Assembly: GCA_964645795.1 (NCBI GenBank)
Contig: CAZYCL010000003.1
Location: forward strand, 17,163-81,162
Direction: 5' to 3'
DNA from: an uncultured Planctomycetales bacterium
GTDB lineage: Bacteria > Omnitrophota > Gorgyraeia > Gygaellales > Profunditerraquicolaceae
DNA length: 64,000 nucleotides
Shown: positions 1-8,829 of the stretch, piece by piece
How positions within the stretch are numbered: the stretch's first letter is position 1
Layout: each line of letters opens with the position of its first letter
Notes under the pieces: generated by a model
Databases searched by the model: none
The model's input: the letters and a program-made list of their open reading frames with translations, nothing else
What the model was told of the DNA's origin: nothing
Translations under genes and position numbers: made by a program

Positions 1-230
1 GGCCGGTGATTGCCTTTGGAAAAGGAGGGGCCCTGGAGACGGTGACTCAAAAGACCGGAGTATTTTTCTATCAGCAGACAGCCGAAGCCCTGGCGCAGGC
101 TATTGGCGCCTTCGAAGAAAAAGAATCTGCTTTTGACAGTAAGGAGATCCGCGTTAACGCCCAGCGATTTGACAGGGCGCTGTTTAAGTCCGGGATAAGA
201 GAGTTCATAGAGAGTAAACTCCATGTTTAA
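1..230 (+). CDS. Glycosyltransferase C-terminal fragment (GT1/GT4-like); the gene begins upstream of the window
   Basis: The in-frame ORF runs off the 5' edge. The C-terminal sequence (GKGGALETV..., FEEKES...) resembles the tail of GT-B fold GT4 enzymes. Its stop overlaps the start of the next gene. Confidence 0.4.
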   Translation, partial: PVIAFGKGGALETVTQKTGVFFYQQTAEALAQAIGAFEEKESAFDSKEIRVNAQRFDRALFKSGIREFIESKLHV

Positions 231-1617
231 AAAACATAGCCAGATATTTCAAACCCTTCTTTTTATTTCGGATATGACCATTGTCAGTATTTCCTGGGTC
301 TCCGCTTATTACCTGCGTTTTATATCCGGGCCGGTCCCGGTCTTTAAAGGCACTCCCAGGATAGAGGAGTTCCTATACCTGCTTTTATTCTTGCTACCGA
401 TATATGCGTTAGTATTCAGGCGCCTGGGGTTGTATGAGCCTATGCGCGCGCGGGCCAGGGTCTTTGAGTTAAAGAAGATATTGAACGCTTCATTCCTGGC
501 TACGCTGATTTTTATCACTATCCTGTACCTCATCAAGGAAGACAGGTATTCGCGCGGTGTCTTCGCCTATTTTCTACTGCTTAATATCCTGCTGCTTTCG
601 GTCTTGCGATGGTTAATTAGGTCTGTCTTAGCGTGGTTTAGGAGGAAAGGGTATAACCTCAGGCACATCCTTATCGTAGGCGACGGCGTGCTTGCGCAGC
701 AGGTAGCGGATAAGATAAAAGAACACGCGGAGTACGGTTTTAAGGTCGCTGGTTTCATCTCTAAAGAATCCTCTTGTGTAGGCTCGCGGATTAAAAATGT
801 AAAGGTTGTTGGCACATACGGACAGATAAAGGGGATCCTAAAAGAAAGCAGCATAGATCAGGTTGTAATAGCAATGCCATTCGAGCATATACGCCTGTTA
901 AAGGTCATTTTGAATGACATTTATGACGAGCTTGTGGAGATCAAGATCGTTCCGGATTTCTATCAATACTTTACCATAAGGAAAGGCATTGACGATCTGG
1001 ACGGCCTGCCTGTCATAAGCTTAAGAGAGTCCCCTATCTACGGCTGGAACAAGGTATTTAAGAGGGCTTTCGATATTATCGTTTCCATGCTGATCCTGGT
1101 AGCCTTAAGCCCCTTTATGCTTTTAATAGCCCTTTTGATAAAGCTTAGCTCACCCGGGCCTATTATTTATAAACAAAAAAGGATGGGGCTTGACGGTAAG
1201 ACCTTTAAGATCGCTAAATTCCGCACCATGGTGGCTAATGCCGAGGGCTCGACCGGGCCGGTATGGGCAAAGAAAAAAGACAGCCGCAGGACCAGGATCG
1301 GTGCGATGCTCCGGCGTTTTAACCTTGATGAGCTGCCGCAGTTTGTAAATGTGCTAAAGGGCCAGATGAGCATTGTCGGCCCGCGTCCGGAGAGGCCTGA
1401 GTTCATGAAGGATTTTAAGGACCGTATACCCGAGTATATGCTCAGGCACAAGATGAAGGCCGGCATCACCGGCTGGGCTCAGGTCAACGGCCTGCGCGGA
1501 GATACGTCGCTTGAGGAGCGTACCAAGTACGATCTCTACTATATCGAACACTGGTCACTCTGGTTTGACATAAAGATATTCATACGTTCATTTATCGCCG
1601 TAAAAAATGCCTCTTAA
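223..1617 (+). CDS. Polyprenyl-phosphate sugar phosphotransferase, WbaP/WcaJ family (initiating 'bacterial sugar transferase')
   Basis: 464 aa with N-terminal TM helices and a CoA-binding-like middle region. The C-terminal sugar-transferase signature is present: ...PGPIIYKQKRMGLDGKTFKIAKFRTM ... DELPQFVNVLKGQMSIVGPRPERPEF. ATG at 223. Confidence 0.8.
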   Translation: MFKKHSQIFQTLLFISDMTIVSISWVSAYYLRFISGPVPVFKGTPRIEEFLYLLLFLLPIYALVFRRLGLYEPMRARARVFELKKILNASFLATLIFITILYLIKEDRYSRGVFAYFLLLNILLLSVLRWLIRSVLAWFRRKGYNLRHILIVGDGVLAQQVADKIKEHAEYGFKVAGFISKESSCVGSRIKNVKVVGTYGQIKGILKESSIDQVVIAMPFEHIRLLKVILNDIYDELVEIKIVPDFYQYFTIRKGIDDLDGLPVISLRESPIYGWNKVFKRAFDIIVSMLILVALSPFMLLIALLIKLSSPGPIIYKQKRMGLDGKTFKIAKFRTMVANAEGSTGPVWAKKKDSRRTRIGAMLRRFNLDELPQFVNVLKGQMSIVGPRPERPEFMKDFKDRIPEYMLRHKMKAGITGWAQVNGLRGDTSLEERTKYDLYYIEHWSLWFDIKIFIRSFIAVKNAS

Positions 1618-2794
1618 ACGCATCGATTACATAATAGAATTTTTCTTCTGCCTCCTTGTGCTGGGAGCTACTTTTTCCAATGCCTTCGTGGACTCCGCCA
1701 TCGGGTTCATTGTGTTGTTTTTTCTGATAAAGAAGTTTATATCCAGGGAGTTCAAGCCTCCCCGGACCCCCTTAAATATTCTTATTTATGCGCTTTTTTT
1801 CATCATCCTGATTTCATTTTTTAGAAGCGAATACCCTAAAGAAAGTTTGCGCGGAGTTATCAGGATCGTTAAATATGCTTTGGTCTATTTTGCCGGCTTC
1901 GAAATTTTTTCCTTCGATAAAGGACGCGTAAAAAGGTTTTTCTGGGTTTTAATATCCATTTCCCTTGTAACTTTTCTAAACGGCATATTCCAGGGTATTT
2001 TTGGGTTCGATCTTTTCCGCCATAAGGGGTTTATCAGCGATGAGGCGATAAGGAGGCTGAGCGCTTCGTTTGTCCACCCGAATGATTTCGGCGGCTATAT
2101 AATCCTGGTTTTGCCTCTGGCGCTGGCTTTTCTTTTTCCCCTGAAGTCAAAAAGGCAAAGGATATTCCTTGCGGTTGTTTTCCTGCTTGGCACCTATTGT
2201 CTACTGCGCACCTATTCGCGCGGAGCCCTTTTCGGGTTCTTTATTGGATTGGCAGCTTACCTCTATTTTTATAATCGAAAGTCCTGCATCCTTCTACCTG
2301 TCGTTTTCCTCCTGTTTATGGCGGCCTCCCCGAAAGGCGTAAACAGGGTAAAAAATATGTTCATAATCGAAAAGAACACTGTCTGGGAAAGAACACAGCT
2401 CTGGCGTGGGGCGTTAAGCATGATAAAAGAGCGTCCCATTGCCGGAATGGGTATCAACACATATTCAAATTACTTCCCCATGTATAAGCCTAAAGATTAT
2501 CCGGACCTGCGCTATGCCCACAACTCTTATCTGCAAATATGGGCTGAGATCGGGATAATCGGTTTACTGGCTTATCTGGGGCTTATTTTTTCTCTTCTGA
2601 TAACTGTCCTAAAGGGTATTCGCCAAAGGCTGGAAAGCGGCTTGCCTGCTTATATTTTATTGGGTGCGGCATGCGGCTACATCGCATTTCTAATACAGGC
2701 CGCCTTTGATACCAACCTGCATTCGCTGGTGCTGGTGACCTACTTCTGGATATTCAATGCGTATATAATCTCTTTGAAGAAGGGCCTTGAATGA
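1607..2794 (+). CDS. O-antigen ligase/polymerase family membrane protein (Wzy_C-like)
   Basis: 395 aa, polytopic. Contains the ...YSRGALFGF... motif typical of the O-antigen ligase domain and a large periplasmic loop near the C-terminus. Confidence 0.6.
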   Translation: MPLKRIDYIIEFFFCLLVLGATFSNAFVDSAIGFIVLFFLIKKFISREFKPPRTPLNILIYALFFIILISFFRSEYPKESLRGVIRIVKYALVYFAGFEIFSFDKGRVKRFFWVLISISLVTFLNGIFQGIFGFDLFRHKGFISDEAIRRLSASFVHPNDFGGYIILVLPLALAFLFPLKSKRQRIFLAVVFLLGTYCLLRTYSRGALFGFFIGLAAYLYFYNRKSCILLPVVFLLFMAASPKGVNRVKNMFIIEKNTVWERTQLWRGALSMIKERPIAGMGINTYSNYFPMYKPKDYPDLRYAHNSYLQIWAEIGIIGLLAYLGLIFSLLITVLKGIRQRLESGLPAYILLGAACGYIAFLIQAAFDTNLHSLVLVTYFWIFNAYIISLKKGLE

Positions 2795-4608
2795 AAATAT
2801 TAGGCATTTCATGTTTTTATCATGACAGCGCCTGCTGCCTTGTGATTGACGGCGAAATAATCTCTGCCGCACAGGAAGAGCGTTTCACGCGCAAGAAACA
2901 CGATTTTAACTTTCCTTCGCTTTCTATCGATTGGATCTTGAAGAATTCGGGGATAGAGGCCAATGACCTGGATATCGTTATTTTCTATGATAAACCCTTC
3001 GTTAAATTCGAGAGGATCCTTGAAACCGCTTTAAGCTACGCCCCCAGCGGCATCTCTCAGTTCATCCAGGCCATGCCTTTGTGGCTTAAGGAAAAGCTCT
3101 GGCTTAAGGAGATAATTCGGGAGAAGCTCGGTTTTAAAAAAGAAATACTTTTTGCCAGCCACCACGAATCACACGCTGCCAGCGCATTCTTCCCTTCACC
3201 GTTTGAAGAAGCGGCATTCTTGACCATGGATGGCGTAGGAGAATGGGAGACGGCAAGTTTTGGTATCGGCAAAGGCAATGATATCGAGATTTCGCATGTT
3301 TTAAGGTTTCCGCACTCGTTAGGGCTGCTCTATTCGGCCTTTACTTACTATACGGGTTTCAAGGTCAATTCCGGCGAGTATAAGCTAATGGGGCTTGCTC
3401 CGTACGGAGAGCCTAAGTATGCCGGCCTGATACTTGATAAGCTTTTGGATCTTAAGGATGACGGATCGTTTCGGCTGAAGATGAAGTACTTTGGCTACTG
3501 CAACGGCCTGCGCATGACTAATTGGAATTTTGACAGGTTATTCGGTGGGCCTGCGAGAAAACCCGAGACAAAGATCACTCAAAAGGACATGGATATTGCC
3601 GCTTCTATTCAGAAGGTCACCGAAGAGATAATGTTAAGAATGAGCCGCCATGTTTATAAGCTGACCGGATTGGAAAATCTATGTTTGGCCGGCGGCGTGG
3701 CCCTTAATTGCGTTGGTAACGGAAAGATACTGCGGGAGGGGCCTTTTAAGAGGATCTGGATACAGCCGGCAAGCGGGGATGCGGGAGCTGCGCTGGGAGC
3801 GGCATTGCTTGCCTGGTATAAGTATCTTGGTAACGGCAGGCAGGCCAGCCAGGAAAGCGACAGCCAGAAAGCTTCATTATTGGGCGCCTCTTATGATGAC
3901 GGGCAGATCAGGGATTTTCTCGAGAAGAACTCCATCCCTTACAGGCACTTGGATAGGCAGGAGCTTATTGAGAGGATCGCTTATTTGATAGAGGCAGGTA
4001 GTGTTATAGGATGGTTTCAGGGCAGGATGGAGTTCGGCCCGCGGGCATTAGGGGCAAGGAGCATTATAGGGGACGCGCGCAACACCGAAATGCAGAGCAA
4101 GATGAATTTAAAGATTAAGTATCGGGAGTCATTCCGGCCTTTTGCGCCGACTGTCCTTCAGGAGCGGGTATCCGAGTGGTTTGAGCTTGACCGGGAAAGC
4201 CCCTATATGCTGCTGGTTGCGCCGGTGAAAAACGGCAAGATATCCGCTGACAGTAAAATTCAAGGATCGCCAAAAGGCTTTGAAAAGCTTAAGCTAAAGC
4301 GTTCCGAGATCCCTGCGGTCACCCATGTCGACTACTCCGCGAGGATCCAGACCGTCAACCGCCGGGAAAACCCGCTTTACTACGATATGATAAACGCATT
4401 TTATAAAAAAACCGGCTGTCCGGTAATTATCAATACTTCCTTTAACGTCAGGGGTGAACCTTTGGTGTGCACTCCGCAGGACGCATTCCGCTGCTTTATG
4501 CGCACAGAAATGGATTATCTGTGCATGGGTTCCTTTCTCCTGGATAAGAAGGATCAGAAGCACTTTCCTCATGACGAGGGCTGGAAAAAAGAGTTTGAGT
4601 TGGATTAA
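2791..4608 (+). CDS. Carbamoyltransferase, NodU/CmcH/SxtI family
   Basis: 605 aa. The N-terminus MKILGISCFYHDSACCLVIDGEIISAAQEERFTRKKHD is the classic carbamoyltransferase start, and the C-terminal YrdC/HypF-like half is present. ATGA overlap with the upstream gene. Confidence 0.85.
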   Translation: MKILGISCFYHDSACCLVIDGEIISAAQEERFTRKKHDFNFPSLSIDWILKNSGIEANDLDIVIFYDKPFVKFERILETALSYAPSGISQFIQAMPLWLKEKLWLKEIIREKLGFKKEILFASHHESHAASAFFPSPFEEAAFLTMDGVGEWETASFGIGKGNDIEISHVLRFPHSLGLLYSAFTYYTGFKVNSGEYKLMGLAPYGEPKYAGLILDKLLDLKDDGSFRLKMKYFGYCNGLRMTNWNFDRLFGGPARKPETKITQKDMDIAASIQKVTEEIMLRMSRHVYKLTGLENLCLAGGVALNCVGNGKILREGPFKRIWIQPASGDAGAALGAALLAWYKYLGNGRQASQESDSQKASLLGASYDDGQIRDFLEKNSIPYRHLDRQELIERIAYLIEAGSVIGWFQGRMEFGPRALGARSIIGDARNTEMQSKMNLKIKYRESFRPFAPTVLQERVSEWFELDRESPYMLLVAPVKNGKISADSKIQGSPKGFEKLKLKRSEIPAVTHVDYSARIQTVNRRENPLYYDMINAFYKKTGCPVIINTSFNVRGEPLVCTPQDAFRCFMRTEMDYLCMGSFLLDKKDQKHFPHDEGWKKEFELD

Positions 4609-4610
4609 AG

Positions 4611-5012
4611 ATGAGCGCAGAGATTAAAACCGATAACGCCTCCCTTAAGAAGTTCGGGTTAACCATGGCCGTCGCGCTGCTGGTCATTGCCGGCATAGTG
4701 TTTATAAAGCACAAAGAGCCGAACGCGGTATTGTTGGGGCTGGCTCTGGTTTTTCTGCTTTGTTCGTTTGTCTTTCCGCGCGCATTAAAATACGTCTATA
4801 TCGCCTGGATGAAGCTTGCCTTTGTCCTGGGCTGGATCAATACGCGCATACTCCTGAGCCTGGTATTTTACCTGATATTTACCCCTATCGGGTTGATTAT
4901 GCGCCTATTTAACGACCCTATGGAGAGGCGCATAGACAAGGATAGGCAGAGCTACTGGATAAAAAAGGAGAACAAGCCGTTTAATAAGCAGGATTACGAG
5001 AGGCAGTTTTAG
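4611..5012 (+). CDS. SxtJ-like small membrane protein (carbamoyltransferase-associated)
   Basis: 133 aa with 3-4 predicted TM helices, immediately downstream of the carbamoyltransferase. I assign it from memory of the conserved sxtI-sxtJ-sxtK arrangement and its size. Confidence 0.5.
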   Translation: MSAEIKTDNASLKKFGLTMAVALLVIAGIVFIKHKEPNAVLLGLALVFLLCSFVFPRALKYVYIAWMKLAFVLGWINTRILLSLVFYLIFTPIGLIMRLFNDPMERRIDKDRQSYWIKKENKPFNKQDYERQF

Positions 5013-5046
5013 AAAAAATTAATTTGATTCCAGTGATTAAGAAACA

Positions 5047-5127
5047 GATTACAGTGATTAAAAATGATCCTCTTACTGAGAGAATAATGTTTTAATCACC
5101 GTAATCACGATTTTAATCACTGTAATC
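5047..5127. repeat. 17-bp perfect inverted repeat GATTACAGTGATTAAAA / TTTTAATCACTGTAATC (5047-5063 and 5111-5127) enclosing further GTGATTAA / TTAATCAC / GTAATCAC copies
   Basis: Read directly. GTGATTAA at 5033-5040 and 5054-5061; TTAATCAC at 5092-5099 and 5113-5120; GTAATCAC at 5101-5108 and 5122-5129. It lies in the 137-nt spacer between the sxtJ-like and sxtK-like genes. Confidence 0.8.
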
Positions 5128-5149
5128 ACATAAAAAAAGGGAGAATGAA

Positions 5150-5308
5150 ATGGGTAAATTGTCGATTCTAAGGGAATTTTGGGATTTTTTGAAGGTACGT
5201 AAAAAATGGTGGTTGACTCCGATCGTCGTAGTCCTGGTGCTGCTGGGGCTGTTGATATTCTTTACCCAGAGCAGCTCAGTCGCTCCGTTTATTTACACAT
5301 TATTCTAA
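5150..5308 (+). CDS. SxtK-like (DUF5989) small membrane protein, 52 aa
   Basis: Below the 60-aa cutoff of the ORF track. ATG at 5150 is preceded by GGGAGA at 5138-5143. Translation is MGKLSILREFWDFLKVRKKWWLTPIVVVLVLLGLLIFFTQSSSVAPFIYTLF. The LxxFWxFLxxRKKWWL...APFIYTLF pattern matches the short protein I recall beside carbamoyltransferase and SxtJ genes. Confidence 0.55.
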   Translation: MGKLSILREFWDFLKVRKKWWLTPIVVVLVLLGLLIFFTQSSSVAPFIYTLF

Positions 5309-5318
5309 GGGTCATGAT

Positions 5319-6083
5319 ATGCCCAAGGGCTATTCCATATCTGCGGTAATCTTGGCGCGCAACTCCCAGGATAAGATCGTCGGCTGCATCGCCTCCCTTA
5401 AGGGCTGGGCTGATGAGATCATTGTGGTCGACGGCTTAAGCACTGACCAGACGCTGCGTATCGCAAAAGATGCAGGGGCTCAGGTCCATAGCCACGCTTT
5501 TCTTGGGTCATTTGCCCAGGAGCGTAACTTCGGCGCAGACATTGCTAAAAGCGATTGGGTGCTGCAGTTGGACAGCGATGAAATCCTGACAGATGATTTC
5601 AAGAAACAGTGCGATTACCTGCTTCCTTCAACGGAGTTTCGCGCGTTTAAATTCATGAGGAAAAATACCTTCCTGGGGCACGCCTTTAAGTACGGCGGCT
5701 GGTACCATTGGTCGCAGCATCTGTATAAGAGGGGTTTTGCGCGCTACGAAGGCAGGGTGCATGAGAAGATGCTTGTGGAAGGAGAGGTCGGCCAGATCAA
5801 GGCCGATGTCCTGCATTTTCCGTTTGACAGCATAAGCGATTTCATCAGCCGTCAGAACCGTTACACCGACCTGCAGGCTCAGGATATCATCGACAACGAA
5901 CCCAAGCTCAATGACAAGCTTATCAGGTATAACCTCACCTGGAAGGTGTTAAAGCTCTTTAAGAAAATTTATTTTAATAAACAGGGTTACAAGGAAGGGA
6001 TGCACGGGTTGGTATTTTCCATACTTTTCTGCTGGGTGCATTTCTTGAAGTGGGCCAAAATCTGGGAGAAGCGGCTTAAATGA
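5319..6083 (+). CDS. GT2-family glycosyltransferase (WaaE/KdtX-like, about 250 aa)
   Basis: N-terminal ...ISAVILARNSQDKIVGCIASLKGWADEIIVVDGLSTDQT is a GT2 nucleotide-binding start. It is paralogous to the gene at 13208-13972 and ends in an amphipathic C-terminal helix. Confidence 0.7.
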   Translation: MPKGYSISAVILARNSQDKIVGCIASLKGWADEIIVVDGLSTDQTLRIAKDAGAQVHSHAFLGSFAQERNFGADIAKSDWVLQLDSDEILTDDFKKQCDYLLPSTEFRAFKFMRKNTFLGHAFKYGGWYHWSQHLYKRGFARYEGRVHEKMLVEGEVGQIKADVLHFPFDSISDFISRQNRYTDLQAQDIIDNEPKLNDKLIRYNLTWKVLKLFKKIYFNKQGYKEGMHGLVFSILFCWVHFLKWAKIWEKRLK

Positions 6084-8131
6084 TCGCTCTATTACTTCTT
6101 AATCTGTTGGTTGGTTATTGCGCTTACATCATAGTCTTTAAGCTCATGCGCATAAAGGGCGCCATCGCTTCCCTGCTGGCATTCTCGGCTTTGTATTTTG
6201 CCCAGATCGTCCTGACTGAGCTTATTTTGGGGATGATGGGCAAGCTTTTTCTCTCGCGCTTATTCATGCTTAACCTGTTGGCAGCGCTCTTTTTTTCGAG
6301 CTGTTGCCGGTATAGACAGACTGCTTTGGCGCCGGCCGGTATAAAGAGCGAGGTTGCCGGGCTCCTGAAGAACCGGGTAGTCCTGCTTTTATTCTCGCTT
6401 ATAGCGGGATTCGCGGCTGTTAAGGGCTTTATCAACCTGATAAATCCGCCGTTCGGCTGGGATAACCTAAGTTATCATTTTGTTTTTCCGGTAGAGTGGC
6501 TTAAAAGCGGGACCCTCGATAACCCGATTACGCTTTGCGATGACCCCAGCATGCCCTATTACCCCATAAACGCAAGCCTGTTTTTCCTGTGGTTCATGCT
6601 GCCTTTAAAGAACGTATTCCTTGCGGATCTGGGCCAGCTGCCGTTTTTCGCGGTTTCATTAGCGGCTGTTTACGGGATAGCCCGAAAGCTGGGCGCCTCA
6701 AAGGAACATGCTTTTTACGGCGCGGCGATGTTCGTGCTTACCCCCAACGTCTTTAAGCAGATAGAGATCGCCTATGTGGATGTAATGTTCGCATCGGTAT
6801 TCCTTGCGGGGCTGTATTTCCTCTGCGCCTTAAACGAAAAGTTTGAATGGGATAAGCATTTTCTTTGGTCGGTTTGCATGGGGCTTCTTTTGGGGATAAA
6901 GAGCTCTGCCGTCATCTTCGGCGCGGTGCTCGTGCCCCTTTACGCTTTGCTTCTTGCAAAAAATAGTAACCATTTGAGATTAAAAAGAACAATTCTTTAT
7001 CTTTTTTGTTTTGCCATAACGGTGCTCGTTTTGGGCGGTTATACCTATATCCGCAACTACCTTGCGACCGGCAACCCCATGTATCCGGCAGAGGTTAAGA
7101 TTCTCGGTAGGCTTATATTCAGCGGGGTCATGCCGATAGAGACCTATCGCCAGCAGTGGACCAGCTCTGAATTCAACCTGGAGAAGATCCTGTTCCACGA
7201 AGGGATGGGCGCGCAGCTGCTTCTTATTTTCATGCCTTTAGTGCTGGTTTCTATCCCTGTTGCCTTGCGCAAGTTAAAAGGCAAACTCGGCTGGTTCAGG
7301 CTTTATATCTTTTGCATGCCGTTTGCGCTATATATGCTTTTTGCCGCGCTGATGCCTCAACTTAACCTTCGTTATGCCTATAACGTGCTTGGGGCCGGCT
7401 ATGCCGTAGCCGCCTATACCCTGACCTTGCTTAATCTGCCGGCCGCCATAGTAAGGGCCGTAGTTTCCGTATGCGCCCTTGCCAGCGTCAGTGAATACTC
7501 TGGTCATGGGGAGCTGGCGGCATCGTTGATATTATCCGCGCTTTTATTTGTTTCTTTAAAGTGGCTCTTTATGTTTAAATTCGGCAGGGCCTTTAAGTTG
7601 GCAATATTTATGATAATGTTCGCCTCTCTTTACGCCGCCAACCTCGATTACGGCAAACACGAATATTCGCGATACCTCGATAATACACCGTTCCCAAAGG
7701 AGGACAGAGAGGCCTGGTATTGGCTTAACCAGAATACCTGCGCCTCAAATATAGCTTATGCCGGGATACCGCACGTGCTGCCGCTTTACGGGGCGAATTT
7801 TAAGAACAGGGTTTTATATGTGTCGGTAAACTCCGTGCATCCTGCCAAGCTGCATTATTTTAAAGGTTCGCAGTACTTTTGGTCGGAGGATTTCATGAAG
7901 ATGTACCGCCAGCTTGAAACTGCCGGCCATTACCGCGAAAACCCGGATTACAAGAGATGGCTGGCTAACCTGAAGGTTGAAGGTATCAATTACCTTGTTG
8001 TTTATTCCCTGCGCAAGATAAAGAACGGCGACGTATTCCCGGTGGAAGGAGCCTGGGCAGACGATCATGCGCAGACGTTCCGGCCGGTTTTTATTAAAAA
8101 CAGCGTCAGGATCTATAAGGTCTTGAACTGA
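6080..8131 (+). CDS. Large polytopic membrane protein, candidate GT-C glycosyltransferase (ArnT/PMT/GtrC-like) using a polyprenyl-phosphate sugar donor
   Basis: 683 aa with about 12 TM helices and a C-terminal soluble domain of about 130 aa. It sits directly upstream of a DPM1/ArnC-like GT2, the usual pairing for GT-C enzymes. No diagnostic motif was recognised with certainty. Confidence 0.4.
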   Translation: MIALLLLNLLVGYCAYIIVFKLMRIKGAIASLLAFSALYFAQIVLTELILGMMGKLFLSRLFMLNLLAALFFSSCCRYRQTALAPAGIKSEVAGLLKNRVVLLLFSLIAGFAAVKGFINLINPPFGWDNLSYHFVFPVEWLKSGTLDNPITLCDDPSMPYYPINASLFFLWFMLPLKNVFLADLGQLPFFAVSLAAVYGIARKLGASKEHAFYGAAMFVLTPNVFKQIEIAYVDVMFASVFLAGLYFLCALNEKFEWDKHFLWSVCMGLLLGIKSSAVIFGAVLVPLYALLLAKNSNHLRLKRTILYLFCFAITVLVLGGYTYIRNYLATGNPMYPAEVKILGRLIFSGVMPIETYRQQWTSSEFNLEKILFHEGMGAQLLLIFMPLVLVSIPVALRKLKGKLGWFRLYIFCMPFALYMLFAALMPQLNLRYAYNVLGAGYAVAAYTLTLLNLPAAIVRAVVSVCALASVSEYSGHGELAASLILSALLFVSLKWLFMFKFGRAFKLAIFMIMFASLYAANLDYGKHEYSRYLDNTPFPKEDREAWYWLNQNTCASNIAYAGIPHVLPLYGANFKNRVLYVSVNSVHPAKLHYFKGSQYFWSEDFMKMYRQLETAGHYRENPDYKRWLANLKVEGINYLVVYSLRKIKNGDVFPVEGAWADDHAQTFRPVFIKNSVRIYKVLN

Positions 8132-8147
8132 TCATAGAGGAGAAAAA

Positions 8148-8825
8148 ATGCCATTACTTTCGGTGATCGTGCCGGTATATAACGAGTCCAAGACGATAAG
8201 AGAGATACTGCAAAAGATCGAATCTGTGCCGCTGGATAAGGAGATCATCGTGGTAGAGGACGGTTCAACCGACGGCACGGACCGGATGCTCAAGGATATA
8301 CAGCTCCCAAATTTAAAGATCGTCTATCACAGTTCTAACCGCGGCAAGGGCGCGGCAGTGATAACCGGCCTGGCCAACTCCGGCGGCGATTATGTGATCA
8401 TACAGGACGGAGACCTGGAGTATGATCCCCGGGAGTATGTAAAGCTGATGCAGGAGATGCAGAAGGGAGACAGCGACCTGGTCCTGGGAGTGCGCTTTAC
8501 CGAGGGCTACCACGGGCTGTTTATCCCGCGGCTGGGCAACCAGTTTTTGACCAAGCTCATTAACCTGCTCTTTGGCACCAAGCTCAACGATTACCTGACC
8601 TGCTATAAGCTTTTCCGGCGCCAGACAATGCTTGAGCTTAACCTGAAATCGCAGGGTTTTAATATGGATACCGAGATAATTATGAAGTCGATTAAAGCCG
8701 GCCTTCGCATAAAGCAGGTTCCCGTTACCTACGTGCCGCGGGATTATTCGCAAGGAAAAAAAATAAGGATACACGACGGCCTATCCGCCATGTTCAATAT
8801 CATTAAATACAGGTTTAGGATATAA
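8148..8825 (+). CDS. GT2 polyprenyl-phosphate sugar synthase (DPM1/ArnC/GtrB-like)
   Basis: MPLLSVIVPVYNESKTIREIL...IIVVEDGSTDGTDRML...KGAAVITGLANSGGDYVIIQDGDLEYDP is the DPM1-like signature. 225 aa with no C-terminal TM helices. Confidence 0.7.
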   Translation: MPLLSVIVPVYNESKTIREILQKIESVPLDKEIIVVEDGSTDGTDRMLKDIQLPNLKIVYHSSNRGKGAAVITGLANSGGDYVIIQDGDLEYDPREYVKLMQEMQKGDSDLVLGVRFTEGYHGLFIPRLGNQFLTKLINLLFGTKLNDYLTCYKLFRRQTMLELNLKSQGFNMDTEIIMKSIKAGLRIKQVPVTYVPRDYSQGKKIRIHDGLSAMFNIIKYRFRI

Positions 8826-8829
8826 AAGC

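Noticed and set aside
5047-5127. MITE or IS remnant hypothesis for the 17-bp terminal inverted repeats
   Set aside because: The element is only about 81 bp. It has no flanking target-site duplication that I can see and no transposase. A regulatory or RNA hairpin is the simpler reading. A genome-wide copy count would settle it.
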